Source of the DNA: Yuukianura sp. NJ FZ-2021
Lineage: Eukaryota
Direction of reading: 5' to 3'
Assembly: GCA_046563655.1 (NCBI GenBank)
Contig: CM102289.1
Location: forward strand, 5,394,001 to 5,458,000
DNA length: 64,000 bases
Shown here: piece by piece, positions 1-13,121 of the stretch
Layout: every line of letters starts with the position of its first letter
Numbering within the stretch: the first letter of the stretch is position 1
Translations under genes and position numbers: made by a program
The notes under the pieces: model-generated
The model's input: only the letters and a program-made list of their open reading frames with translations
Told to the model about the DNA's origin: nothing
Databases searched by the model: none

Positions 1-94
1 AAACTGTTACAAATGTTAGTGTGTTCAAGACGTTTGTAGCGTAACGTTCAAGAGACGCAAGACAATTTCATTTAAGTTCAGCTGAATTAAGAAA

Positions 95-417
95 ATGAAG
101 TCACTAGTTGTAGTTGTCGGCTGTCTGTTTATAATTGCTGTGTCGGATTTAACTCAGCTTGGACATGGCGGCGGCGCAGAAGCAGCCCCGGGCCCACCAA
201 AAACAGAGCCCTGCATTTGCACTTCGATGGGACCACCAGTATGTGGAACGGATCGTGTCACTTATGACAATCACTGTAAACTCAAGTGTGCCATGGACAA
301 GAATAAGAGTAACAAAAAACACGATTTTTTAATTGAAATACAATTTTTAAACCTGGTTAACCTAAGACAATCTTTTCAGAATTGAGAATGCAACGGCCTG
401 GAAAATGTGGTCAGTAG
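95..417 (+). CDS. Secreted single-domain Kazal-type serine protease inhibitor (2 exons: 95-308, 380-417; 83 aa)
   Basis: Hydrophobic signal peptide MKSLVVVVGCLFIIAVS, then the Kazal pattern CICTSMGPPVCGTDRVTYDNHCKLKC. A GT-AG intron (309-379) supplies the sixth Cys (KLRMQRPGKCGQ*). Confidence 0.9.
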
Positions 418-655
418 AAGTGTGTCTGCCTTTCGGAAAACAAATCGAGAAGCCTTCGGTAACAGTGAAGCTGCACACTTCAGAAACTTTCACACGACAG
501 ATTTTAGCAAAACTTTAATTCTAATTTTACGTTTACAAGTGTTTCATAGTTTTGAAGAGGCTTGAAAGTAAATACGTACCTCTTCAACGTACCATTATTT
601 AGATGTTCCGTGTTAGTTAGTAATAGTGAATGGTAATGGTAATTAAATGAAGACG

Positions 656-1683
656 TTACTTGAATAACTTTCCTCCTTTCACCAAACTTTTCTTGGCAGT
701 CTTCTTTGGAGTTTTCTCAACACCGAGAGCCTCTCTTGAATCATTGGAACCAGTACCATAGGCCTCATCGACCTCTTGGGACTGGAGCTTAATTGATTTC
801 TTAAGGTTTGTGATCTAGGCCAAACAAAACAGTCATATGAAATGAAGTAAATGAATTCAATGTTGAGTTTAATTTGATTTCGAACCTCCTGTTCCAACAT
901 TTCTTTGCGCTGATTCTTCTGTACTTTGGTAACATTGGCTCGATCGACTTGCGTTTGGAGAGAGGTAAGGACAGCTTCACAAGTATCGTACCAATTCTCA
1001 AGAGTGGCAACGATTGTTGGTATATTCTCTTTTCGGATGTCGCGCCCAATTGCTGTGTCAACTTCAAGTAAAGCTCGACGTTGATCCAACTTTCCTTGAA
1101 AAATTTCTGAAAAAAAGGAACAAATCCTAAGAGAATCCTAGTTTTGTTGAATGAGGAGACGGGCTTTACCGGAGTAAATTCCTTCGATTATGAGATCCTC
1201 GAGTTCTCGCAGATTGGTCATTCCGAGTTCTTGAAGCAAAGTGTCATACGGAATGCATTTGCCCTGTTCAGACAGCGTAATTATGGTTAAATGCTGAAGT
1301 TTCTTTGTCTGATTCACGGACAGTCCTGGTAACTGGTCCTTCTTTGCCATGTAATCTTTGTACGTGCCGTAAGAAAACATTTGCAACAGTTCCCAGTGAC
1401 TTCGAAACTGGTTGCCTTCCGCCAACTTCAAAAGAACAAATTCTCGTTAGTAACGTAATTATTAATAATGAATGAATAAAAAGTTCGTGAAAATTCAACC
1501 CTATACCTGTTGAACACTTGGAACTGCGCTTAATTCCGCAAACGTGTACACTCCATTGGCCTCCAGTGCTTGTTTGATGACCTCAGCAACTTCAGCTCCG
1601 CTCGCGGACTTAGCAAGAGCCACATAATGATCCAATGGGTTAACCGATGACTGGAACTTTGGGGTCAGCGTTTCACCGAACAT
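656..1683 (-). CDS. CSN7: COP9 signalosome complex subunit 7 (PCI domain); exons ~1683-1507, 1425-1170, 1106-886, 814-656
   Basis: Spliced translation gives NPLDHYVALAKSASGAEVAEVIKQALEANGVYTFAEL, LLQMFSYGTYKDY, KKLQHLTIITL, IPYDTLLQELGMTNLRELEDLIIE and GKLDQRRALLEVDTAIGRDI, all recognisable as CSN7. GT-AG introns keep the frame. Confidence 0.93.
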
Positions 1684-2915
1684 CTCCCTATGCTAATCAG
1701 CAACCTGATGAAATGAAATCTGTTGAGCTGACTATTATTTATTATGGTCGGTTTATTTTTATTTATAACTTTTTAAATCAAATTCCAGTTTTTTTTTCAA
1801 TTTGCAACCCAAGTTTTGTCTCGGAAAGTCTCTCAGCTGTTTTTGCGGCGGGACAAGCGGCTTCACAACAATATTCTAACACCCGCAATGCAGTTATGGT
1901 CCGTTTCTAAACGGGCAAAATCCAATGACCCAACAGCAACACCAAGCCATTCGATTCGTGGAACGTTTTTTAATTGCTTTTTTACAACTGTGAACTGTAT
2001 AGTTTAATCGCAATTAAATTAATCCAATTTTACGACATGAGCACGGTAGAACTGAAAAAACTTCCGTTAATGTTTATTAAATTTTAGAGTGCCATTGCCA
2101 TCTCTTCATTCTGCTGGAAATGATCAGTTGTGTATACTTTAATTTTATGCTTGCTTATGCTTCATCATTTGGTAAAAATTTTGCCAAGATTACTTTTATT
2201 TTTAATTAAAGTTTATTTTGATGGGCATACTAATTATTTATTATTTATTGATATTGAGACGTTTATACCTTCTATCATCCAATAGATGGCGCATGTCACT
2301 CAACTTAAGATTTAGAACCAAAAACTTCAGAAAAAAAAAATGTTTTTCCTACCTTTCTGCGCAAATGCATCCATATCACCTTTCTCTCAAAATTCCAAAT
2401 CCCATTTTTCACTTTCTTTTGTAGGAGGGTAAAGGCAAGGCAGGCGAAAGGGTTATTGAATTGAATCCTAAGTTGATGAAGTTGTCATTTGTATTTAAGT
2501 ACTAAATTATTGAACTATTAAACAGTATGGCTCTATGCTTGTAAGTTGCATTAAAACGTCGATGCTCCTTTATGAACTACTAGCGGGAGTTTAACATAAC
2601 TTACTGTATTTTCTCCTGTGTTGGTGGTAACGCAACGGTAAGTTAGCGTGAAATGTTTATAAATTATAACACGACAGAAACATCTGTTCCTGAATCATGA
2701 TGTTACATTATAATTGCAGTTTCTTCATTTTATCTTTAGTTACAGTGAGGTGAAGATTTAAATTGCTGATCTAAGAACTCAGCAGGAAGGAATACCAATA
2801 CTACCACTGAACAGCTGAAGTGGGCTACGCCGAGCCCAGTGTCACAGTCAATTGACCCTTCGACTGTGAAAGTACGAGTATCGTTTCATCGCTTTTTTTG
2901 TTACGATACGACAAG

Positions 2916-4039
<1,124 letters not shown>

Positions 4040-4573
4040 TTTCCCTTCATCCGTCACGTCCTGGGCCCTTCGTAAATACAACAACGGGTCGACTTGCGGA
4101 GTAAAATTAGCTACTAACCTTAACGCAATTCAATAAACTTTAACTTTACTCCCCAACAAACTGAAAGAAACAAGAAAGTGCATTCCAAAATTAACAGACA
4201 CGATTTTAAAAAAGCGACACAGCCATTTTGTAAGATTTATTTGCAATTTGTAGACAATTACACATCCGACCTACAAGCCCAACTGTTAACAGACTCTTTA
4301 CTGTTGTCCAAAAACCATGTAACAATTAAATACAGTAATATAAATTACAAGTTCAATTCAATAGATTGAGACTTGGCCGGAAGATTAACCCAAAGGTATT
4401 AGAAACAATAATATTTCTAATACCTTTGAATTGATCCAGAGGTAGAGCATATTTTAAAGGATGGGTTATTTAATTAATAATCAATTAATCATACGTGACA
4501 GGATAATATGTGATAATAATGAATCGTAATACTTAATATGTTAAACGATATCAGAGTTGTCATGATCGAAGTT

Positions 4574-6673
4574 TCAGGGTGCCATTTCCTTGAATCTGCC
4601 AATCAATTCTCTGGAAATGATCAGTTTTTGTATTTGTGTGGTTCCTTCATAAATCTGGAAGATTTTGGCATCTCTCATCAATTTTTCCACTGGATATTCC
4701 GTATTGAATCCATTTCCACCGAAAATCTTTTAAACAATGTTCAGCCTTAATGATTTATGATCACTGGAACACCTTAAAGTTTTAGAGAGGAAGTTTTACC
4801 TGGACGGCATCAGTGGCACATTTATTTGCGACTTCAGATGCGATGCATTTAGCAATGCTTGCGTAGAAAGTATTTCTCCGTTTGTTGTCAATTTCCCAAC
4901 AGGCACGCTGTGTAATTAACCTGGACACTTCTACGCCAATCGCCATATCTAAAATGTTCAAGTAATGGCTTTCTCGATTATCGATTGTTGAGTATTTCAT
5001 TTGTATTAATATCGTGTTCATTGTAATAATGGTATTACCGGCCAGCATATGGGCGACAGCTTGATGATTGGCAATTGGAGTTCCAAATGTTTTTCGCTCC
5101 AAAGCATACTGCGTTGCCTCGTCTAGACATCTTTGAGCTAATCCCACAGCAGCAGCAGCAACCTAAGACGTTGGATTTTGTAAATAAGAGCGTCAGAGGA
5201 GTCAGAGTCAGAGAAGAGACATTATCTAATCTTGATTGTTTAGGGAGGGCGTACAACTGGACGAGTTTTGTCAAATGTGGCCATTGCATACTTGAATCCA
5301 GCCCCAACGTTGCCAAGGACATTGTCCTGCGTGAGTACGACATCCTCGAAAGTAATTCCCCTTGTATCTGAACATCTCTGCCCCATGTTAATTTCCTGAA
5401 AAGAAACCGATTTTGTAGCAAAACGTTTGTGTCTGTATGTCGAAATGTCGATTTCTCACTTTTCGTCCGACGGTGATCCCGGGTAAGTTCGCATCAAGGA
5501 CGAAACCAGTGAAGGCTTTTCCAGTTGGAGCCTTAGGATCTGGATCAGTTCTGGAGGAAAATGAACAATGTACTATTCAATTTAATTCAGAAATTAGTTT
5601 TATTTGGCAAGAAAAGGTGGATAAGATACCTTGCAAGGACAAAGTACCACGAAGCAACTCCTGCTCCTGTGATCCACATCTTCTGACCGTTGAGTATCCA
5701 TTCGTTACCTTTCTTCTCAGCCCTAGTTTTGAGACCAGCAACGTCAGAACCAGCGCCGGGTTCAGTAACGCAGTAGGCCTAAGAAAAGATGCTATTCATA
5801 CAATATTTTAAAACTAACCAAATAAGTCACCGCTTTCGTAGCTTACGGCAACAATTGGCTCCTCGATTAATCTACCCAAGTACTTCTTTTTTTGTTCTTC
5901 GCTCCCAGCAACAACTACAGGAGCACCCTGCGAACAATGAAAAATAGCGACTATAACTTAAATTCTTCTTTTCGCTAAAGCTTAGAAGGAAATCATGGTT
6001 TTCTTACTGCCAAATCCGCAGTGTGAATAGCGTTGAAAATTCCGGCACATCCTCGGGCGAACTCTTCTATCACAAGACAGTCTTCAAAAAGGCTCAGTCC
6101 ATTTCCACCTAGAATTGAAAAAAAAATATTTTGGAATACTACACCATCAACTTGTGCTGCGATAATCTACATACCATATTTCTCAGGTACGAAACCATTT
6201 AAAAGTCCCAACTCCCATGCTTTCCTATGAATATCCCATGGAAATTTCATGGACTTGTCATATTCAGCAGCTCGTGGTTGGATTTCTTCTTTAGAAAACT
6301 TCCGTGCCAACTGTTGTAATTCCTTCTGCGTCTCAGTCAGCTCTGCGACAGTAAAGCAAAGCAAGTTGAAAACTATAACCTTTCTACTTATAAAACAAAC
6401 CCACGTTGTATCGTATCTTTTCCAAGATACCACTTACGAAAGTTGAATCCAATTTCCGGGTTGCTACTTTGCGAAAAGCAGCCTCTGTTTACCGAAAACT
6501 GCCGTCGGATGGAAGAGGAGATCAAGACCTATGTAAAAAATAAGCATCAAACCCACCAAACCAAGCCATAATCCGATTTGATTAAACATAAAGGTTATTC
6601 CAAATCAGGTTAAGTAAATCCATTTCCGCCTCACCTTATTCGTCTTGTTTAGGATAATTTTGTGCACATTCAT
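4574..6673 (-). CDS. ACADM: Medium-chain specific acyl-CoA dehydrogenase, mitochondrial (multi-exon)
   Basis: [65 protein letters not shown] and [29 protein letters not shown] (catalytic Glu motif). The N-terminus [25 protein letters not shown] resembles a mitochondrial presequence. Confidence 0.93.
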
Positions 6674-6847
6674 GACGACTCAACTGATGTGACCTTAGCC
6701 TTTATTATCCCTACTAGAAATTACAAAACAACTGATAATCACTTTTTATTTGCAACTGGAAATGCAACTGACTGTCACAAAGGCATAGCAGCTTAGGCAC
6801 AGCTGTTGCATATCTGACATTTCCGAGGTATCTTACTTTTCGCCTGC

Positions 6848-6915
6848 CTGCCCTTAAGCGTCGTTCAAGCGGCTTCGACGTTCGCTGCGTTCAGCTTGAA
6901 CGCACTTATGGGCAG
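6848..6915. repeat. Imperfect inverted repeat (22-23 bp arms, 23 nt loop) upstream of ACADM
   Basis: CTGCCCTTAAGCGTCGTTCAAGC ... GCTTGAACGCACTTATGGGCAG: 20 Watson-Crick pairs, 2 mismatches and 1 bulge. Confidence 0.8.
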
Positions 6916-7582
6916 AAATATTGTTTCGAATGACAATCGAGAGAAGCAAAAAAGTTTTATGGTTTCCTAATATTTACCATATAAATGGTTTAATGTTAAT
7001 ACATTATATTTTAAGACGATTATAATGAAATTAGTAACCTAATGGTTATGTAGTAATACAAAGTCTACAATTTGGAATTTTTGTCATTTCTCTTCAACTT
7101 TTCAAATTTCAATTCGACTTTTCAATTCAACTTTTGAGGTTTGAATTTTTGTTTCGGGCATGCTTCCATTAAGAATCGTGGGAAAATTTTAGTTATAAAT
7201 ACGTACGTGGATGCTTTAAAACCGATAACGATCGAAGGACTTCACAAATGGGTGGGTGTCATGTGAATTTATTGTTCACAATGAACAAAAGAAATTTAGT
7301 GATGACGCCAAACGAAAGAACCCGCGCAAGTTATGGACGTCAAAGACGACGTTGGCGCTAGAAATCCAAATTTGACGTAAATCGAAACGTACGTGCACAA
7401 AATGTTCTCAAATACCTCTCATACTCTTTTATTTATAAACATTTTTCTAGTATAAGAGTTTTCGAAGTTGGATGGGAATCAAATTTTATAAAACTATTTG
7501 GCAGTTTTTATGTGTCGAAGTGCTTTTGCATTTTTGTTAGAATGGATGCCAAGGTCCTTGGACTTTGAACCTCACGTTGACT

Positions 7583-8804
7583 TCATTTCTCACATAAACT
7601 GTCCCAGTCTGGCCAAAATTTTGCTTTCATGCGTTCACAGTAGTCCTTCAAATTCTTATACTCCTCTGAAAACCAAACACCAAAACATTTTTATTTAAAA
7701 AATCCAAAATTGCATAAACTCTTACCTTCAAATATTTTGTCATAAGGTGATCCTGGAGCACAGTAGACGAATTGTCCCAAAACGCCAAACACAGTAGCAT
7801 CAATTTCCGTAGGTTCGTTACCAAGAAAGTACGCTTTTTGTCCGAGGTAGTCCGACAATGCTGTCAAGTCTTTCTTGATCATGGTCATGCGCTGTTGAGG
7901 TGTATGCAAAGTAAACCCATTTGTGGCTAGTGCTGCTTTGATTTTTCGTTTGACAAAGAACTTTGCTGCCATCAACCGCATTCCAGAAACAGTCAAAATT
8001 TTGCCAATGTGGTCAATGCCGTAGACCCAGCGCCAATCGAGTAGTCCCCTTTAGAAAACCAAAAATTAATATACAAGTACCAGTTCATTAGATACATTAT
8101 CATCGGCAGCGTCAAAATCCATTAAAAATCGGCGCCAAAATTTGATAATCGGAAACTTACAGGAGAAGATGAGCTTCCATCATCATTCCAAATGCTCTTG
8201 CTGCACCTTTCTCTTCCTTTGTCGCGTTTCCCCATAAGTTTTTCTTTAGCTTTCTAAAAAGTTAAAAAAAAGAAACTTAATCCGAGAACTGATTTTCACT
8301 TTTTTAGAAGTCACTACTGATTCAAAAAATCAATGATTATGTCTGAATCATCCACATTTTCTCCATTGAATGTAATCCATGGCATTTTTCCTTTTGCTCC
8401 AAATGGTTTTTTGGTGTCAAACTGAAAAAACAAAAACAAAAGTGACGCAGGAACTCGAGGGAAAAGTTTTTCTTCTCACAGAAAACTGCAAAAACAAAAT
8501 GTTTTTCTGGGAAAATCTTTTGGCTTTTGGGTTCCAATCATAATTCTAACTAACTCTGCAATTTTTGGATTCAAATGAACATATTTATATTATTTTTTAC
8601 CTCATATTTGATTCCTGCTATTCTCAAGTATGTTGCCAATTTGAGTACATAGGGCGAAGGTGTGGGCGCTACTTTACAACTTGCCATAGCATGCAGAATT
8701 AAAGTGTAGCCTGCTTTTTGACTTTCGCCGCCAGCATCATTGGAACTGGCACTGGAAGAAACCGATGCTGGACGGGCGTCGTCCATTTTCGATTCACTCA
8801 TCAT
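7583..8804 (-). CDS. fax: Failed axon connections (FAX/FAXC)-like protein of the GST/metaxin superfamily; 5 coding exons
   Basis: PTPSPYVLKLATYLRIAGIKYE, GAKGKMPWITFNGENVDDSDIIIDFL, DLTALSDYLGQKAYFLGNEPTEIDATVFGVLGQ and NLKDYCERMKAKFWPDW* match the fax/FAXC N- and C-terminal GST-like domains. The ATG directly follows a CAG acceptor, so there is at least one upstream exon. Confidence 0.85.
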
Positions 8805-11800
8805 CTGAACATGTTTGAGAAAAAATTATACATATGATTAGCTTATAAGTTAAACTGTTAAATTCAAATCCAAGTTTCTATTTTTAGTTTGCGAATTTTA
8901 AGAAAATGCAGTTTTGCTAACCTTCGATTTTATTCAATTCGGTTCTCTCTAGTTTTTAGTCACAATTAGGCGTAAGCGAACTATGAGACAGATTGGTTTT
9001 TATTGGCAATTCGTAAAATCATCAAAACTGATAATATTTTATCTTGGCTTGGAATGTGCCAATTGTGTCAAAATATTATCCCAAAATACACAAACTGATC
9101 ACATCGTCGCTTGAGTTGAGCCAACACACTTTTAATAAAGCAGTGAAAGTTAACATAGGTAAGGAAAAAATGACAAAATGGATTACGAATAGTAAAGCTA
9201 ATGGCTTGGTTGAACTTAACGAAAAGGTCAATGGAACATTGACCTTGTTTTGGGGGACAAGGGGTCTCGTAATATTGAAGAAAACGCGTTTCAGACAAAA
9301 GTCAGGCATGACGACATATCGTAGTGCTTCCCTGCGCAAGACTTGGCGTGACTTGATGTAGAGAAACCCACAAAGTCTTTAAAACTTTATGCAATTTTTG
9401 TGTTGCACAAAACTTAATTGACATGAACGTAACTAAAACTAATGCCATGTCAGCAACATATTAAATTTATTACAAAATTACTAAAACATTATTTGCTGGA
9501 TCGCATCTCTCCGCAAGGACATCCAGTGTGGAAATTTTGTTTGTCGAACAGTTTAAAAAAATAATCCTACGCGCGCTATGTCATTTGCATTCTAGTATTT
9601 TTCAGAATCGTGCTAAATTTGACAATATTCCATGAGAATTTGGGGTTTGAAATTTCCAGAACTAACCATCGTCAGAAACTTGACTTGCTCCTGCTTACGC
9701 GGTTAATGATGCCTGATCTTACCTGATAAACTATTACGTTAATCAAATAAGCTAATTAACTTTCATTTTCCTACCTGCGCACATTTGCCAAAGTACCGTG
9801 AGAATTTACAAGGACACGCGCACGTCAAGCAAAATGGCTCAGAAGCTAGAAAAAAAATAATGTTAGAGACAAATTCGAGCAAGTTGCACAATCAAATTCG
9901 TGTTGCAATCGTGCCAATTCGAAGTGTTGCAGTTTAAGTTTAACATTTGACACCTCGCAGGAGATATGTTGGGCAAAAATTGAAATGATTAGGTTAGGTT
10001 AACCTAAACCAAAGTGTAATGCCAGGAACATGAGATGCAGGAAGTGTAGATGACCTGTTGTGACCTCTCATCCTGACAAGTGAAGATTTAGTTTAATCAA
10101 ATTTATCTTCTTCCAAAACTATAAACTTTTGGTTAGATATACAGATATTGTGAAATTCGAGCTCAAAATGACATGTGAGTAGCACACTAAATCCAAGGTC
10201 ACTCGAAAGTGCATCTCCTAATTGTCTCGTGGTACAAGTTACCCCTTTATGACCTTGAACTTGAATCGTCCTACACCATCATAAGCGAGCGGAAGGACAA
10301 AGTCCTATCATCTTGATTGACACTTTAGTAGAAAGAAGTTACAGTGAAAAAATGACGATCTAGTTTAATGCGTTTCTTCATCTTCCAGGACCAAAAGGTT
10401 GACCTTTGGTGTGACAAGCAAAGCCCAAAGTCCATCAGCCGAACTCAGTTTTTTAAGAGTCGAACGTACTAACTCGATGATAGGGCAAAGCTCGCTGCGT
10501 GATTGATTAAAAAAAAATGCTTTGAACCATTTTTCAAAACTTCACTTTTTAAAATTACGGACAACCCAAAAAAAAACTCTTTTTACAACTGTATGTAGAT
10601 CCCACCACTTACAGCCTAGTTTGCTGAAAATATTACCTTCTACAATCGCTTCCGTGTTTTGCCAATTCGCAAGCAAATGTATAGTAACTTCTTTGGCGAA
10701 AAATTTGTAGACTTGGATGACCTCTGAGTTTTGGAAAGTTCCAATTTGGAAAGTTATGTAGTTCTAGGTACATAAATGACAACTAATCTACTAAACTAAT
10801 GATTTAAAAAAATTGATTAAGACAAAATAGGCGTTCAACAAAGTCAATTTCAAACGTTAAGATGAACAATGAGAAGATTTGTCATATTTTCTTAAGCATC
10901 TATCTGTCATAATACGCAAGTCATCATTGACAAAAGCAAAGCGCCTGGAGCATTTTCCGAGATGGGATGCGATGATGAGAATATGTGAGCAATAAAAATT
11001 AACATTTTTAAGTACATTTTCACACCTTCTATCCAATTAAAAAATACGTTGCCCAAAGTATTGCAATTGAAATTCCATACAGTTCTTGTGTACTCGTTTC
11101 AAGTGACTCGAATGACTAAAAAAAAGCTTAAAAAGCTTAAAGTTTAAAGCTCGACAGTGTAAGATAGCGTCGTTTGAGCCGCTAACTACCACGCTCATTC
11201 GCATTAAAATTACTCTAATCCCATTGCCAGTTCAAAGTATGGCGTGTTCCGAGTTCAGAATCCAAAACAAATCGATACGGAGTAAAAGTTGGAGCTGGAA
11301 AGTTCCTGGAAGGGAACTAAAATGTCAAAGTGGTTCCTCAATGTTCTTGGAAAAAAGCATCAAAACAAAACCTAACCAACCATGTACATAACATTGCAAA
11401 AAATGCACTTTGATGTTTTTGAATTCACATGAGACTTTAAGCACAAAACAATTAGGGTAGGATACAGAAATGTTTATAGTGGGAAAAGATTGCAGATTTA
11501 GTCATGTTTCCTGCAATTTGAAATCATAACAAACACTTGAAAAGTGTGACTCAGAAATGAATGGAATTGCGGGAGGTGTTGTCTTCTGCGTAACGCTTCA
11601 AAGAGACGTGGACTAAATCTCGTCATGTTTACAAATATAGAATCGTTATTATGCGTCATGTCCTCATGCCCTAGACATAAGAAGCACCTGATGACTGATC
11701 ATTGCCAAAATACAACAAATTTCTTCTTGCGTAAAACGTAAAAGCAGCAAACTTCAGTAACTTCGACGTAGTAAAAGTGGTGTGATACTGAAATGCTGAT

Positions 11801-13121
11801 GACCGCGGCGGCCTCGTCGACACGTCAGTTTGTTTTGGTTTCATGCGAAGGCAGGGTCGTCGTAAATCTTACCTGTTCTTAGAAAGGAGCCTTCTCATTG
11901 GCCCTGGCCTCTCGCACCACTCACACTCCGCCAATTGTACGCCAGACACGCTATGCACTCTCATACTACTCAGCAAAAAGCATATGGACAGGGTAACCGA
12001 AACCCGTCACACACCCACTGCTGGGTACTCGATATGAATCGATGTTTATAAAGTTAATGAAGATGTAAAATTAAAACTAAGTACTTTGAAGTTATACTAA
12101 TACATAATATTAATCATAAATAATAATCCAATGTTTTCTAACTATGTAATTTCAGGTTAAGTTGTCAAAACTTTAACAGTTATGGCATAAAAAAAAAATA
12201 AAACACACTATTTTTTTTGTATTTTGGTAAACTAATTTTTGACTTGTTTTTTTGAACAATTACTGTAGGGTAGACAGTAATGCAAAAAAAAGTAACTGAA
12301 AATGCATTAGGATTTTTATTAAGCATGGCTTTTAGATATAGTAGAAATATTTAGTCACAAATGTGCTTAATGTTAAGGAATTCAACACTGTTGTCATTTT
12401 TATTCTAAATGTTTATTGATTTTTTGAAAAATCTTATTGTATTAGCGACAAGGTAGTTATACTCTACAGGCCGTGTTTATATTAGTTTGCCACTTACTCG
12501 ATTATGGTTAATTTGCATTACTTTATTATAGCAAAGAATTTTGTTCGTTGTTACACCGCCCTGCAGGTACCCGGGTTCTCGGGTTTATTGAACCCTGGAC
12601 TTTGTTAACATTCTTAGCCCCAGCGGGTCACCTGTCGTAGGAATTTTTGCACACTAGAAGATGCATTAAGAAAGGGATTTCCTGGCCGTGATTTTGTGTT
12701 ACTTTGGACTTTGAACTGGGTGCAAAGATGAGTCGGATGTTCAAAATCCTTCTAAACTCTTGACTTAATTTAGTTAATTAGACTTTGAGCTAACTATACT
12801 TGACTTAACATAAAGTTCTGCTGGAGTGGGTGGACTACGACGAGCGTTGGCTATACATCACTCCATTGTCCACATTAGTCTGCTGAGTTCCTCGCCTCTT
12901 TCGACGTGTGTTGTCTGATCTGACTCTCATTCGCCCGGCGGCCGTGGTTGCGGTGTCTCATTCAATTGACAGAAGTCAAGGAACTAGGACCTTCCTTAAG
13001 GAGACTTGAACAACCAGTTCTTAGCAACTGCAGTACTCTCAAGAATCAACATTTACTAAGTCGTCAAGGCAAAGGATCAATTGACACAGTCAAACTGGGT
13101 AATCAACAGGAAGAAACGACC

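Noticed and set aside
9044..9361. Overlapping ORFs on both strands upstream of fax
   Set aside because: No recognisable homology or consistent splice structure; likely intronic or regulatory DNA.
11870..11896. Minus-strand mini-ORF with a strong donor (ATG...AACAG|GTAAGA) as a coding first exon of fax
   Set aside because: Splicing to the 8804 acceptor creates an immediate stop (AGA TGA). It may still be a 5' UTR exon or uORF.
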